DNA of 63,961 nucleotides, filler included, from Octopus bimaculoides (Eukaryota): NCBI RefSeq assembly GCF_001194135.2. It is 7 parts of 7 records of this genome, joined end to end, with 100 filler letters (N's around TTAATTAATTAA, not from the genome) between each part and the next. Parts side by side here need not be neighbours in the genome. Positions count along the whole stretch, not along the records: positions 1 to 19,138 come from NC_069010.1; 6 more parts are not named here. One strand, 5' to 3'. Shown piece by piece: positions 1 to 12,899 of this stretch (position 1 is its first letter; each line of letters starts with the position of its first letter). The notes under the pieces were generated by a model. It saw only the letters and a program-made list of their open reading frames with translations, ran no database searches and was not told where the DNA came from. The position numbers and the translations under genes were made by a program.

Positions 1-164
1 TATGAATATACAGACTCACGTAAATACATATACATGTACATGTATAAACACATATAGATATGCATGTTTGTACACATACACAGTTCTATGTATTTATATG
101 TGTGTGTATCGCTCTCAAATAAAATTTCAGGAATTACAATTTCTGGCCTTTTCTCTCTCTCGTC

Positions 165-2225
165 GCTTAATTTATGCTTTTTGGACGCACTTTCTTCACT
201 TTTAACACATCCAGGCCTCTTCATTAGAAACATACCAAGTCTGCTTTTTCCTGTCTTTCAAAATGTTACGAAATTACGCCAGAGTAGTGTCATTAAATGA
301 AACAGCTGCGTAAGTTGTAAAAATACTTTCAGGGTAGTATTTTTCTATAAATTGAGAAGCATACTGCCACTTTTCCAATACTACATTTATGTTGCTCGTA
401 GTGATAGCCTTCTTCGCTATAATGTCCTCCTCTGGGAAACCAATCACTTCCACCACATTCGAATGCTGCTGCTCCTGAAGCTGCAGGAATTAATTTGCCG
501 TCAACTCTTCTATGTGTTCTTCGACGAGATCGTTAATGCTTTCATGACAATGTTATTGTTTCCATCGAGGCCCATGGACTTGCCGAGAGATACTACCTCC
601 ATGGCTATAGGCGCCTCAGACCCCAAACCCATAGAAGTCTCTTTCTGATACTCAGTTATGTCACAGCTTCCACCATGCAAAATGCAGTGTTCTCCCCGTT
701 CACCCTGCCAGGCCATATCAATGATTTTCAGACGGTTACCAATGTTGTAGAGCTCCTTCCAAAACTCACGAAGAGTTAGATTTGTATATTCGGTGACGAA
801 ACATGTCTTTAGTGTACAATTTCTTAAATTTAGAAATCACCTGTTGATCCAGGGGCTGCATGGAAGTGGTGATGGTGCGTGAAAGGTACATAACTTTTAT
901 TAATTTTAATTCGTCCTGGATATCATCTCCGTGTCTAGGAGTAGGAGTATTGTCGAGAATGAGGAGAGCCTTGAGAGAAAGATCGTCCTCCAGAAAGTAC
1001 TTTTTCCCGCTGGTCCGAAGACAAATTTGACCCACTCAATGAAGAACTGCCTGGTGATCCAGACATTAATGTTTGCTCCTTCAGGATTTGATGCGACTTG
1101 AACGCTCGTGAGTTTTGGGAGCGGATTAATCTTTAACTCTCCGCTCTCATTGGCATGGAGCCTAGAATTTTCTTTTCTGCAGTTATGTAGGTTCCCCTGG
1201 GCATTTTGTTTCCAAACCAAGGTCAGGTCCATCACAGTTGAATACCTATTGTGCGATGTACCCATCGGTTGCGATAAGCTGACGGAATTCACTCACGAAA
1301 TTCTCAGCTGCCTTCGTGTCAGAACTCGTTGTTTCCCCATAGTTGACGATGCTACGAACACCAGACCTCTTCCTGAAATTATCAAACCAGACACGACTGG
1401 CCTTAAATGCGTCTGATAATGTCTCATCCGTCGACATTCCATGGTTCTGTTTTAAAAGATAATCATACAGCGTTCGTACTTTCTCGCATATGATGGTTTC
1501 CGTAATCGTATCCTCTGCTAGCTGCTTCTCGTTGATCCATTGGAGAAGCAATTTTTCCATCTCTTCGTGGACAGATGTGCAATGGCTGGAGAGCCTGGAG
1601 ACACCCTTCGCTGGTGTAACAGCCTTGATCACGTTCTTTTTCTTCAGAATGATGCAGATCGTCGACATGCATCAGTTGAATCGACGTGATATGTACTCTA
1701 CACGCACTCCTCTCTAATGTGTATAAATGGTTTCTTTCTTCAATTCTATCGTAATCAGGTGTTTCTTCTTCTCGACACCTTCCTTTCCACTAACCTTCTT
1801 AGGACCCTTGGCTAACACAAATAATTATTATCAAATAATGGAAAAAGACGCACGAAACTAAAAACACAATAGGCATGTGGCCACAACGAGAGAAAGACGT
1901 GAATTGATCGTAGGGCAAATTACTCGTACAATAGTGCCCTCGTGTTGCGATTTATATCTTCAGCGAGTTAACTTTGGATTCTTTAACGACAATTTAAGCT
2001 TCATGTCGCCAGGAGTTTACCGTTTTCATTCCCTCAATTTTGGATTTTATTCGCATTCAAAGCGTCTCATTTGCTAACCGTAAACAAGGTTATCGAACTT
2101 CGATATGGGAAGAGCCTACAACCGTTGCCAATAAATTATTCTTGTCTCTGAATGTTGTTTTTATACCTACCACGGACTGCTTGAAGCGTACAAACTTCAT
2201 ATACTTAGATCTTTGGCGCTTATAA
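165..2225 (-). mobile_element. Degenerate Tigger/pogo (Tc1-mariner superfamily) DNA transposon; transposase pseudogene ~165-1809
   Basis: Fragmented frames read (M>K)GPKKVSGKEGVEKKK..., then CENP-B-type HTH 'HEEMEKLLLQWINEKQLAEDTITETIICEK...FKASRVWFDNFRKRSG', DDE_1-type 'KALLILDN...TTSMQPLDQQVISKFKKLY' and C-terminal 'HFRNILKDRKKQT'. Multiple stops and frameshifts; TIRs not resolved. Confidence 0.9.
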
Positions 2226-2288
2226 TTGCACGCATACATACACACATACACACACACACATACACACATACATACATACATACACACA

Positions 2289-2344
<56 letters not shown>

Positions 2345-2347
<3 letters not shown>

Positions 2348-3900
2348 GCAGAAGTACCCGGCATTGGTCGGGTTAAAGAGAAAAAGGAAATTTTAAAAAA
2401 ACCGTATAGATTACACAGATTTCAACTTCTAATAGCTGAGAACCCAACTTTCTACATTAATAACTCTTCATCCCATAACAGCATGGAACATAGACGTTAA
2501 GTGAAATATTAAAAGAAAGTTTCAACTGATATATGTATATAAAGTAAATGCATGTAATTCAAAAACATGTTTTGTGTAGCTTATTTCGTGACCAAACAAA
2601 ACAGGTATAGATTATAAACAATGAAAACCCGATTCTGGTGTTTCATTTGACAGAAGTAGTAGAAAGCCAATCCGATGATAAATCTGACCTTGGATCTTGA
2701 AGGTTTACATGAATCCTGGTTCAGTTAAATCTCTTGTGGCTCTAAATAATGTGATCTGTAGTGCAGCGTTGTACTGTCTAATCTTGTTTTGGGAGTGCTA
2801 TGAATGTTGGTCAGTTGATGACAAGAGTTTCTTCAATGGCTCCGGATGTTGGGGGACTGCAGAGAGTTTAACCTTTCTACCATTGCAGCGGAGTACAGTT
2901 GTCTCTCCAGGCCACTTCCCTGCTTAACAATGTATGGACTCAGTTGTCATTGAAACAATGGAAACTCTACTGTCATCTGCATAATGAACTGCTGTATCAT
3001 AATTGAAAGCTGCTTCATAGAAGTTGCTTCCCTGAGCTGTTGCAACTGCTCTTCGTTCTGCAGTGGAGATCCTATTCCTTGTCAGCCGAGCATACCTCTG
3101 TTCATCACGTTGAGATGCTTTGCTTTTGCAGTGCACTGGCTGTTCGTTTCTTGGTTTGCTTCCTTTCTGCAGCTGTCTCTCTTTCCCTGGACAGAGACAT
3201 TCCTTGGCTGACCTTGACATCGTAAACAAATTTGATACTTTCCTTTTAGGCATGGTTATATACGCATACAGCAATACATGGGTGCAGAAAATAGAAAACA
3301 ATGAAAATAAGTGGGTGACGTGGAGAAAGTAAATAAGAATTTTTTCCGGAAACTGAAGAATTGTACGGGTTGAATCGAAATTTGTCAGTGAACCAAAGAG
3401 ACAGTATCGAAAGAACCAGAAAGCCGTTAACAACCGAAAAGTAGAGAACCGTTGCAAAGGTAAATCAAAAATCTTTAGGGAAATTAACTAAGTGTACGGA
3501 TTTAAGTGATATTTTTGAAGTTACTTCTGTCAATAAATTATGACCTTACTTGTTTTAGTAATTCTGTCAACAACAAAATAATACAAAATGTTGCAAAGGT
3601 AAATAAGAAATTTGTAGGCGAACTTAACGAAGTGTACGGATTAAAGTGAAATTTATGAAGTTACTTTTGTCAGTAAATTTTGTATGAAATTACTTTCATC
3701 AGTAATTGTGAACTTCTTTCTGTCAGTAATTTGTCGTTGTTGTTTGTAAATAGCGATTGAAAACGCACAGTGAAAACAATAGCGATTGCCTTAAAGTGAA
3801 AACAATAGAGTAAGATATAGAGAGAGGGGGAGAGAAAGCTAGCTGTTTGGACAAATAAGAAAGATATAGATAGATAATATATAAACAAATAAATATAGAG
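2345..3900 (-). mobile_element. Internally deleted Helitron (Rep N-terminal region remnant plus 3' terminus)
   Basis: Minus frame from MPKRK (ATG 3253) reads 'AAFNYDTAVHYADDSRVSIVSM...C*AGKWPGE...PEPLKKLL...IRQYNAA...GFM*TFKIQGQIYHRIG', the Helitron_like_N pattern. The 3' end reads CCCGACCAATGCCGGG (hairpin) TACTTCTG CTAC (CTAG-like) at ~2345-2373. An internal ~90-bp imperfect direct repeat lies at ~3455-3545 and ~3593-3680. 5' end not defined. Confidence 0.8.
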
Positions 3901-4892
3901 AGATAGATAGATATAGCGACAGAGATGGATAGGGAGATATAGAGAGATATAGAGAGTTAGAGATAGATAGAAAGAGATGGACAGAGAGATATAGATAGAG
4001 AGATATAGACGTCACTGACGTTAGAAAACGAGAAGTAAATATTGTACAAAAATGTTTAAAAACGTGAATCTAATATAAAAAGCAATATCTTTTCTTTTTT
4101 CATGAACAATGGATGTAAGGGATAAATCAATTTCTGAAACTTACTTCACAAAGAGTTACCTCCCTCCTCCATGTAACCCAGGAACGAGTGTTTTCTGTCC
4201 CTGGGGTGGGGTACCTATTAATCATTATGCGAAACATTTTACCAGTCTAAAATCATCCCTGGAACATAAGGAATGCATGCTCCCAGTTTGGAGAAAATCA
4301 TTTGAAAAATAGGGCCCTTATAATATTTTACACACGCATAGGCCGAACGGGATTTATATTGTACATTATAACATTATTACATAAAAGAGCGTTCTATATT
4401 AAACAAAAGCCGCAACAAAAACAACCAACCACAATGCAGGATATATCAATGAATTAAATTCTTGACTGTCCCGCAAGCAAAATGCATCTTTTTACGCACA
4501 GATGAGTGTAATGATAAACGTGCATACGTACAAACCATACGCAAAGCGAACTAAGTCTGTTGCATAACAAAATGCAATTGATTAAGTATCATGGGTTACA
4601 TATGCAAATGCAAGTGTTTCACCAAATTACTTAAAGTTAATAACTAAATTATTAGCCTAATTTGCGATCGTAGAGGGTGTACCTATGGGAGGACAGGACA
4701 CATGAGTCAACAGGCTGGTAGAGAGAACCGATCACAGTTTTAAAGACATAGCAACTACAAACATCTGAAAATTAATTAGGAATATATATAAATACGAGGG
4801 TTATGAGTAAGACTATATTACGAAATTTATATTGAATCGCAATGCAGTACCTCTGGGATAGAATGGGAGATCATATTCGAATCTACTACAGA

Positions 4893-6262
4893 TGTTATTA
4901 TTATCTTGGTTTGGCTCAAGTTTGGTCTTATTCTTGGTAATATTTATATGGGTAACAATTTACTACCTGTAAACTCTGGTATCCACAAATTTTCAGCTAT
5001 CTTTCAAGTGCATAGAACACTCCTGATAATCCTTCAGCCATTACTACCTGCAACCTGCAACATATTCGTTCTTTTCACCTATCTAATACTTTCCTGAATA
5101 TTGTGGCCGTGCCAAGGAGACAAACATTTTGTAACAGTTCTACGGGGCACTTTATTCTAATTTCTTTCGTATTCCCCTTCGTACTTTCTGATGCTGTTCC
5201 CAAGAACCCAACAATAATTGGCCCTTCTTCATTTTCCATAATTGGTCTATTTCATACTTAAGAGGGTTGCATTTATCTTTTTTTTCGATTCACATCTTCA
5301 CAATTTGTGTTTCAACGGAGCATGCAACAACATCTATATAGCATATATGGTGTACCTTGTCTCCCACTACTAGGTCCGGTCTGTTATGCTCTAGCACCTA
5401 ATATATTTGGATTCGGAAATCCCAGAGGATTTTGCTTGTCTCCGACTCTGCCACTCTCTGCGGTTTATGCTCATACTACGTCTTGATTTTCTCTGGTCCC
5501 CACTTTTCACATATTTTCCAATGTAGATCTTTTGATATCTAGTCGTTTCGTCGAAACTTGTAGTGGTTTTGGGCAAGTCTAGGGCATTCGTTCGTGATAT
5601 GGATAATGGTTTCATCAACTCTATTACAGATGCAGCACATCGGGGACACTTGCTCTTTCTGATGTTCACCCTCCAGTTTGTGGCCAAAGAAAACTCTTGC
5701 GTTGCCAATATAGTGTTCTCAGTCTCTTTCTTTGGGGTTTTTTTCATTAACAAATCCCACCTATTTTTTCCAGAAACTTCTGTTGTTATATGGAAATTGA
5801 CTGTGTCCTCCCTTCTTGCGTAATTCTTCTTCATTCCTTTTTGTGTTTCTTCCCTCATTTTCCTGCTTTCAACACTCCCTCGTTCCAAACTGTCACGAGC
5901 AAAGTTTCCTTACTTTGGGCTTGGTATCTCATTAAGCCCTCGAGTTCGATACGCACGCAGTCTCCCACACTTATCAGTCTTCTTCCTCCATTCGCTCTTT
6001 TCGTGTCTAGGCGATCAATGTCTGCTCGTGGATGATGCGTTCCATGCAACATTAGGACCTTTCTTCACTTCCTGTCCATCTCCTTTAGCTTTTCCTCTGT
6101 CCACTTCAGTTTGCCAACGTCATACCGAACTATTGCGACTGCGTGCGAGTTTATCGCCGAAATTATGTTTCTAGCATTCAGCTTTCAACCCAATAATTTG
6201 CTCACTCGCGAAAGGTGCTCTCTTTTCCGCTGTTCCTTCATGTCGTGGTGTTTGATTCCATC
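4893..6262 (-). mobile_element. 5'-truncated RLE-type non-LTR retrotransposon (R2/R4/Dong-like), 3' part
   Basis: 'LNARNIISAINSHAVAIVRY', 'HHPRADIDRLDTKRANGGRRLISVGDCVRIE', CCHC remnant 'KCPRCA', 'KILWDFRIQ..LEHNRPDLVV' (PD-D/ExK endonuclease) and terminal 'CLLGTATIFRKVLDR*', followed by a short (TAA)n tail near 4895-4905. Confidence 0.9.
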
Positions 6263-6271
6263 TATGTGTGT

Positions 6272-6305
<34 letters not shown>

Positions 6306-8189
6306 ATTGCAAACAATGAACGAAATGAAAAAAAGTCGTGTAAATAAAAAGGCATTTCTACAGATGTATACACCTCCAACTTTGTTGATTCATAGCATCC
6401 AGAAAAGATTCAGAAACCTTTTCTACAAATACCGCTTAGATGTTGTGGTTTCAGAGTATATAGGGATATATTGCAAAGAAATATTTCGAGGGCTGGAGAA
6501 GATGAATTTTGGAAAAGTCAAACGATCTGACTTTTTTTTTTCCTCATAACTTTCAGGATAATGTGTATCTTTTAATGAAATTTTATACAAATCCCTTTCA
6601 AACGACATAGATTACGATTTTAAACAAATTTTTGGGGAAATATTTCTCGTGGATTTTCACCATTTTTTTAACCGCAGCCTTTGACATGATGGGATTGCAG
6701 GGAGCAGCTTTGTATGAAAAAGTTTTGAAAACTCTTTTTTTATAACCCTCCTCCCTCGTAATCCCACTCCGGACCTATTTTGCCCAATTATGTTTTTGCA
6801 CTTCAAAACCATGAGAAGAGCAGATTCGGTAATTTTTTTAATTGTTAATATTTTCAGAAGGAAGAGTGATTTAAGGGCCATTTGGCTGTTGTTACATGCT
6901 CATCTAAAACCGACCCTCCTCGTTTCTTTATAACTCCCGCACGTATTGATGTTTTTCAATATTTTCCCCCCATAAACACATTTATATGCAATGAAAACAA
7001 AATTTGAGAAATTATGGATGTTTTGCAGCCCCACTCCCTGCCCCCGATTGTTTCTGTTTAGAAATTAAAATTTTGGAGAGCCTCAGAATATCATTGCTGG
7101 CATTTATCGACAGAGATTTTTTTTTTAATTATGGAGATGTACTTGCATAGCAAGTGACTTGATCTGAGATTGTGTGCTGAAGCAACAACAATTGCAGAGT
7201 GGGAGATGTTTGTAAGCCACTGAAGAACAGACAAAAACCGTTAGTTTCACTTTAATATTTAAATTTAATTTGTATGAAAATATTTTCGTCGAAACTGCGA
7301 CCTGTTCACTGACAAAACTTCACAAAAGTGATGCCGCGCGAAGTTTTGTTAATGAATAGGTCGCGGTTTCAAAGCAACGGTGGGGGTAAAAATTTAGATT
7401 ACAATTTATTTTGTCGCATTTTTCCACCAATGGACCACGCGTGTGTTACTTCGGCATCATCATTCCATAAAATGTATTTAATGGGAGAAAAATATAGAAA
7501 AAAAACATGTGAGTAGAAAGGGAAAATGGACAAAATCGGTCCGGATAGTTACTATTGTAAGACTTATAGCATTCCAAACAGCCATAACAACAAAATCACT
7601 TTTAGTTGCTTTTAATACTATTATACGGGTATTTTTTTAAATTTTCTTTCAACGATGTTCTTACATTACGTATACATGCTAGAATAAATTTTCGGTTTTC
7701 CAAATATTGAATTAAAACTTGAAATGGAAACATTAAAAGATATAGTGAGGCTTTGGAAATATAAATGGAATACTCCGCATTGAATGAAATGAGTATTTAG
7801 ATATTCGAGAAATTGCAGTTTTAAAAAATCAATAAAGTTGAGAAATTGAAATTATGACAAATTTCTTATAACATGAATTTATAAAAATATTTCCAGACGG
7901 TCACCCCTTTAATAATAGCTTTCTTTTAGTACTTTTAGTAATTTTTACCTAATTAATAAGCAGCTTTCTCCATTGTAGCATAGATACACATCTGAATTGT
8001 GAAAAAGTGTTCCTCTGCTATATTAGGTATTAACTGCCAAACCATTGAAAAGTTGGATGTCTCCATTCCTATAGACGAACCGGTTTTCCTTGTACTTGAA
8101 TATGTGTGTGTGTGTGTGCGCGTGTGTGTGTGTGTGTGTGTGCGTGTACGTGTGTGTAGAATATTGGAAAGTAACACACGAGTTGGTAT

Positions 8190-9891
8190 GTATAGGGGAA
8201 ATTAGACACGGTAGAAAGTGCTAAAATAATTTTATCATGAAGAACATTTTAGTACCGGTTTCAGTCTTTGCGACTTTTTCAACTTTAGAGTAAAACATAG
8301 AAAACAATTAAATTGGATAAAAATTAAATGAAATGGTTCTTTTGATATTTCCATAGTTTTCGAATACGAGAGACATTTTCCTTTTTTCAAATACAAGAGA
8401 CATTTTCCTTTTTTCTGTCACTGTTTTCCTTTTGTGAAGGCTCGGTAGGTAGGTAGTAGTAGATCTAAAAGAATATTTGATATGAGGGATGTGAGTTTTT
8501 GGTTTTGATTATTTAAGCATTATCTGAAGAAGGAGACGACGAAGAAGAAGAAGAAGAAGAAGAAGAAGAAGAAGAAGAAGAAGACGAAGAAGAAGAAGAA
8601 GAAGAAGAAGAAGAAGAAGAAGAAGAAGGAGAAGAAGAAGAAGAAGAAGAAGAAGACGTGCGTGGTATGACAGTAGTAGCTTGTTGGTGGAATCTTCTTA
8701 AATTATCAAGTGACCTAAAAGTAACCTGTTGTGGTTATAATAATAGTGATTAGAATTCTTCTGAATAAATTGACAGCCAATGACAGTCCTTAATATATCG
8801 TTTTTAATATTTACGCGGCTATTATTCTAAGGCGTTTGTTGTAGTGTCATTTGTGGTGGACGAATTCAAAAGGGGTTTATATTTTGCGATAAAATATTAC
8901 TTTTTGCTAATGCGCTGACTACAGGTTGCATCGTCCCTGAATTAATAGAGGGAAAAATTCTGAAGTTGGGTTGTTCGTTAGTGGTACAAACGTCAATGTG
9001 TTCGCTGAATGCTATTTTTTCTGTATTACCGAATTTTAATCTGGGATCTGTGTAGGGTGATCCTCTGGTGTAGACTATTTGGGGTTTGGCCTATGTATTG
9101 TTCTCGACACCTTGAGCAAGTTAATGCATATATTAGGTGTTCCAAAGCAAAAATGCAGTTGTTTTCGCTGTAAATCGTCAAACCTATTTGAAAGAGAACT
9201 CCTATCCCTCAATTAGGTTGACGCATATACCACATTTAGGTCTTCTGCACTTTTTTACTGACGGCTTCAGTGTGGTATCGGATGTACTTGAGCTTGTATT
9301 AGGAGACATTTCATAGATTTTGCTCTTTATGATGGTGTGCGTTTGGAGGATAAAATTCATTCTGTGATCCGTTTTTAGTATGTGAATGTTCTGGAAGATT
9401 GTGTCGAAAGCTTCATTGTTAAGGGGGTTATGTGTGGAGATGTATGATAGGGCTTTGACTGTAAATCCTTCTTTAATTTGGGATGTCTGAGTTCGAGGAT
9501 GTTGCGTTATAGGGCACATTGGAAGCCTATATCAATTAGTGTCCCTGGTGTTTGTATTAGAGACTATAGTACAAATCCTTTTTGCTAGGTCGAAGGGGAT
9601 ATTCATTCTAGAGTGTCTGAGATAAACAGTAAATATTGGTTGGAGACCGTGGGATTATAATATATATCTGCTTCTATTTTGATGTTGTATTTCTTAATGA
9701 GGATGTCGAGGAATGGAAGTTGTTGATGGCTATATTCCATCGAAAATCGAATGTTTATACCAAGTCCATTTATAAGAGCTTGAAATCCTTTGCGTCTTTC
9801 TATACTTTCATGCCGAAGAATTATAGGAGTTGTCTTTGAAGACAAAGAAGCTTATCTCCAAGAGGATATTTAGCCTTTCTATTACGAATTC

Positions 9892-9900
<9 letters not shown>
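8190..9900 (-). mobile_element. Penelope-like element (RT C-terminus plus GIY-YIG endonuclease), degenerate
   Basis: 'INGLGINIRFSMEYSHQQLPFLDILIKK...DIYYNPT', 'IPFDLAKRICTIVSN', 'KALSYISTHNPLN', zinc knuckle 'CRRPKCGIC', then a decayed GIY-YIG-like segment ending 'IAFSEHIDVC...PNFRIFP'. Confidence 0.85.
8527..8657 (+). repeat. (GAA)n microsatellite
   Basis: About 40 GAA units with a few GAC/GGA variants, read directly. Confidence 0.95.
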
Positions 9901-9937
<37 letters not shown>

Positions 9938-10227
9938 NNNNNNNNNNNNNNNNNNNNNNNNNNNNNNNNNNNNNNNNNNNNNNNNNNNNNNNNNNNNNNN
10001 NNNNNNNNNNNNNNNNNNNNNNNNNNNNNNNNNNNNNNNNNNNNNNNNNNNNNNNNNNNNNNNNNNNNNNNNNNNNNNNNNNNNNNNNNNNNNNNNNNNN
10101 NNNNNNNNNNNNNNNNNNNNNNNNNNNNNNNNNNNNNNNNNNNNNNNNNNNNNNNNNNNNNNNNNNNNNNNNNNNNNNNNTTGTAATAAATCTGATGGTG
10201 TTATATTAGACAATGAATAACACTTAC

Positions 10228-10411
10228 CTATGAAATCATTCTTGTTACATAAGTGTCCGACGCAACAACCAACACAAAACCTGCTTTTGGTCCATTTATT
10301 GCATGTAAGGGCATTGTTTCTCATAGCTTCAACACATTGGCTGTATGTGCTGCAGGACTTTTCAGTCTTCAGTTTAACACCGTCCATTGATAATGCGAAT
10401 CGGCATACTGG
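10228..10411 (-). CDS. Coding exon: C-terminal part of a Ly6/uPAR (three-finger)-like domain
   Basis: Acceptor ttattacag| (AG at 10413-10412) and donor G|gtaagt (10227-10222). 184 nt, phase 0 to 1, encoding PVCRFALSMDGVKLKTEKSCSTYSQCVEAMRNNALTCNKWTKSRFCVGCCVGHLCNKNDFI(G), with the CCxxxxCN LU signature. Confidence 0.8.
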
Positions 10412-12270
10412 CTGTAATAATAGATATGAAAATTATACACTACAACCAAAATATTTATTAGTACATTTACTGCTAATTACAACAACAAAAACAACAGAAA
10501 CAGCAACACTAGGGATGTTTACCTTGCAAGAAAATTTAATCCTTGCTGTAAAATATCCAAAAGCAATAAATGAAACCGAAAACGACTTGCTGAATTGTTG
10601 AAAGTTAACAGCAGAGGTAAACTTCTGAAAAATTTAATGCTATTTAGCATTCAAAAATAATGTTTTAAATGCTTAGTGTCCAAAGCTCTCTGATCAAATG
10701 TAGATATGGCCATCGGATCACGGTCTATATCAAAACTGCATCGCACTGTTACCCGTCGCCAAACTTAAAATAGGTCAAATTACCCCAATAAAGATGTATC
10801 AATTCGCTAAAATTTCTTCTTTCTGCAGGAATGCAAAAGAGGAATTTTTCATATAAAATTTACGAAAAATCACGCGTGCAAAACTCACCAACAACAGAAA
10901 CTAATACGTCCCTACCCAAAGATGATAATGAAATAAAATGGTCAGATTAAACGCCTCAGTCCAAGCAAATAAAACAGAAAATACATAAAATGGACACAAG
11001 AGAAACTTCGTTTTACTTTGCAATAATATTTTATATGAAAATACGATATTCTAGTATAAAATTTGGAGAAAAAATAACCAAGATTTAACTGTATCATCGA
11101 CCCTCAACAAACTTAACTTAATCAGGGACATTCTGAAAACGAAAAATATCAGAAGTGGAGAAGAATATTTAAAGAAAAGAATCCATCATCAAATACCTAA
11201 CAACAATAAAAGCAATGAAAATGTAGACAATGAACTTAGAAATAAGATATGTGTTGCCTTAATTTGAAATTGAAACTCGTTTCTTTCAATCTCGAAAAAT
11301 TTTTAGAAAGAAAATTGGATTTCTCAAACTGAGTGAGGATGTCATGAAAAAATAACCAATGGACTGGAGTCTTCAAAAAAGGCAATGGAGTCGGTGATTG
11401 CAAATGAATGAATCTTTAAAAAACTAAGTCAGCTTCAAGAAAACAGAAAGATCTGAAAGCAGGACAGACAATAAAACAGACAACAGAATGCAGCCATGCT
11501 CTCATGTCACGCTCTATTCTCCTGTATTCTCGTATATCAGTTGATGTGAAGCATTAATCTGTGTTATTACCGCTGTCTTTGTTTCTCTTGTGTTTCTTTC
11601 ACCAATGTACAACTGTGTATTCAGAGATATGCCTGACAATTTTAATTTGCGTTTTAGCTGCGTTTAATCGTATAGCTTTCACATTTTCCAGTTGAAATAA
11701 TATGTGAGGGAAGATTTAATCCGTTTCGAACATTTCATAAACTTTGCTTCTTAACTTATTCATTAATCAGCTCTCTGTAATTTTCGAGCTGGTAGGGCAA
11801 CGTCCGACTTCCAGTTACCCTCTCTAAGGCTAGTGACTCGAGGTCAATCCGCAAGTAACTTTGATTCCAAGTTGATCCTGGCCACAATCATTGATGCATC
11901 CTACTCTAATGACAGCCATGTTTGTCGGAGAAAGGTCACTCTAAGTTCGTGCGTTCGTTTCTTGAATAGGGATTCCTAGACAGGGTAGAACACTGTGTCC
12001 TTGAACAAGGCACTTCATTTCACTTTGTTCCAGTCCAATCAAGGAAAATGTGTCCCAGCCTAGTGATGTTCATCTATTTCGCTCTTCAATCGTCACATCC
12101 TTGTTGTCCCATTGAGTCGTAAATAAGAAGACCGATAGGGTCTGTATGTCTACGCAGGCACATAAAAAGAAAAACTAGCGAAAGCATAGTACAATGTGGT
12201 CTTAATGGTTTTCGAGTGACGGCTGTGAATACATTTTAACGGAAAGGAAGATAGTAATATTTCAGTTTAC

Positions 12271-12362
12271 CTCTGATCCTGGACAGCTTTCCACTTCTGA
12301 ATCATTGCACATCATTCCTGAACATGTTTGACACTGTAAATTCCTTTGAAATAACGAGTAAT
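12271..12362 (-). CDS. Coding exon: N-terminal part of the same LU-like domain
   Basis: Acceptor tattctgtag| and donor GAG|gtaaac. 92 nt, phase 1 to 0, encoding xYSLFQRNLQCQTCSGMMCNDSEVESCPGSE. The phase matches the 10411 exon and supplies the CxxC start of the LU domain. Confidence 0.75.
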
Positions 12363-12899
12363 CTACAGAATACAAGTAAATATCTGTATTGATAAACCAA
12401 ATAATGCAATGCATAGCAATAACACGAAATATTTTCTTTCTGATGTAAAAGAATTAATACGTGTTTGCTTTGGAATCAATACATGTTAGACATATAAACC
12501 AAATTATGAACAAAGACTATAAAATTATTTTTATATTCATTTGAAAATGCCTCAATAATGTCACAAATTCAACTGAGAGAAGCATGAAAGCTACTTATTG
12601 TCCTTTTAGTATTCTGATGTAACAAATATGTGAAAATCTTTGAACAAGTCAAATAAGGGGATGAAATTCGAAAGCTGCAAGCATTGTTGCCGTGGGAACT
12701 CCCTTATAAAACCTGAGAATCTAATTTAAGTTATGTTGCAATGTTATATAGAATGTGAAAAAGGCCATAATATGTGAACTGAGCAAAACAATATTTGGAT
12801 AAACAATACAAAATATGATCACTAATATGGTCCTTTTTTTCCAATATGCACACGGTTATGTATATATGTATGTATGTATTATGTATGTACGTCATTATT

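Noticed and set aside
10523-10624. 102-nt AG..GT-bounded, phase-0 open segment between the two LU exons
   Set aside because: Inclusion would insert 34 residues inside the LU disulfide core, and the sequence is intron-like. Kept only as a remote alternative exon.
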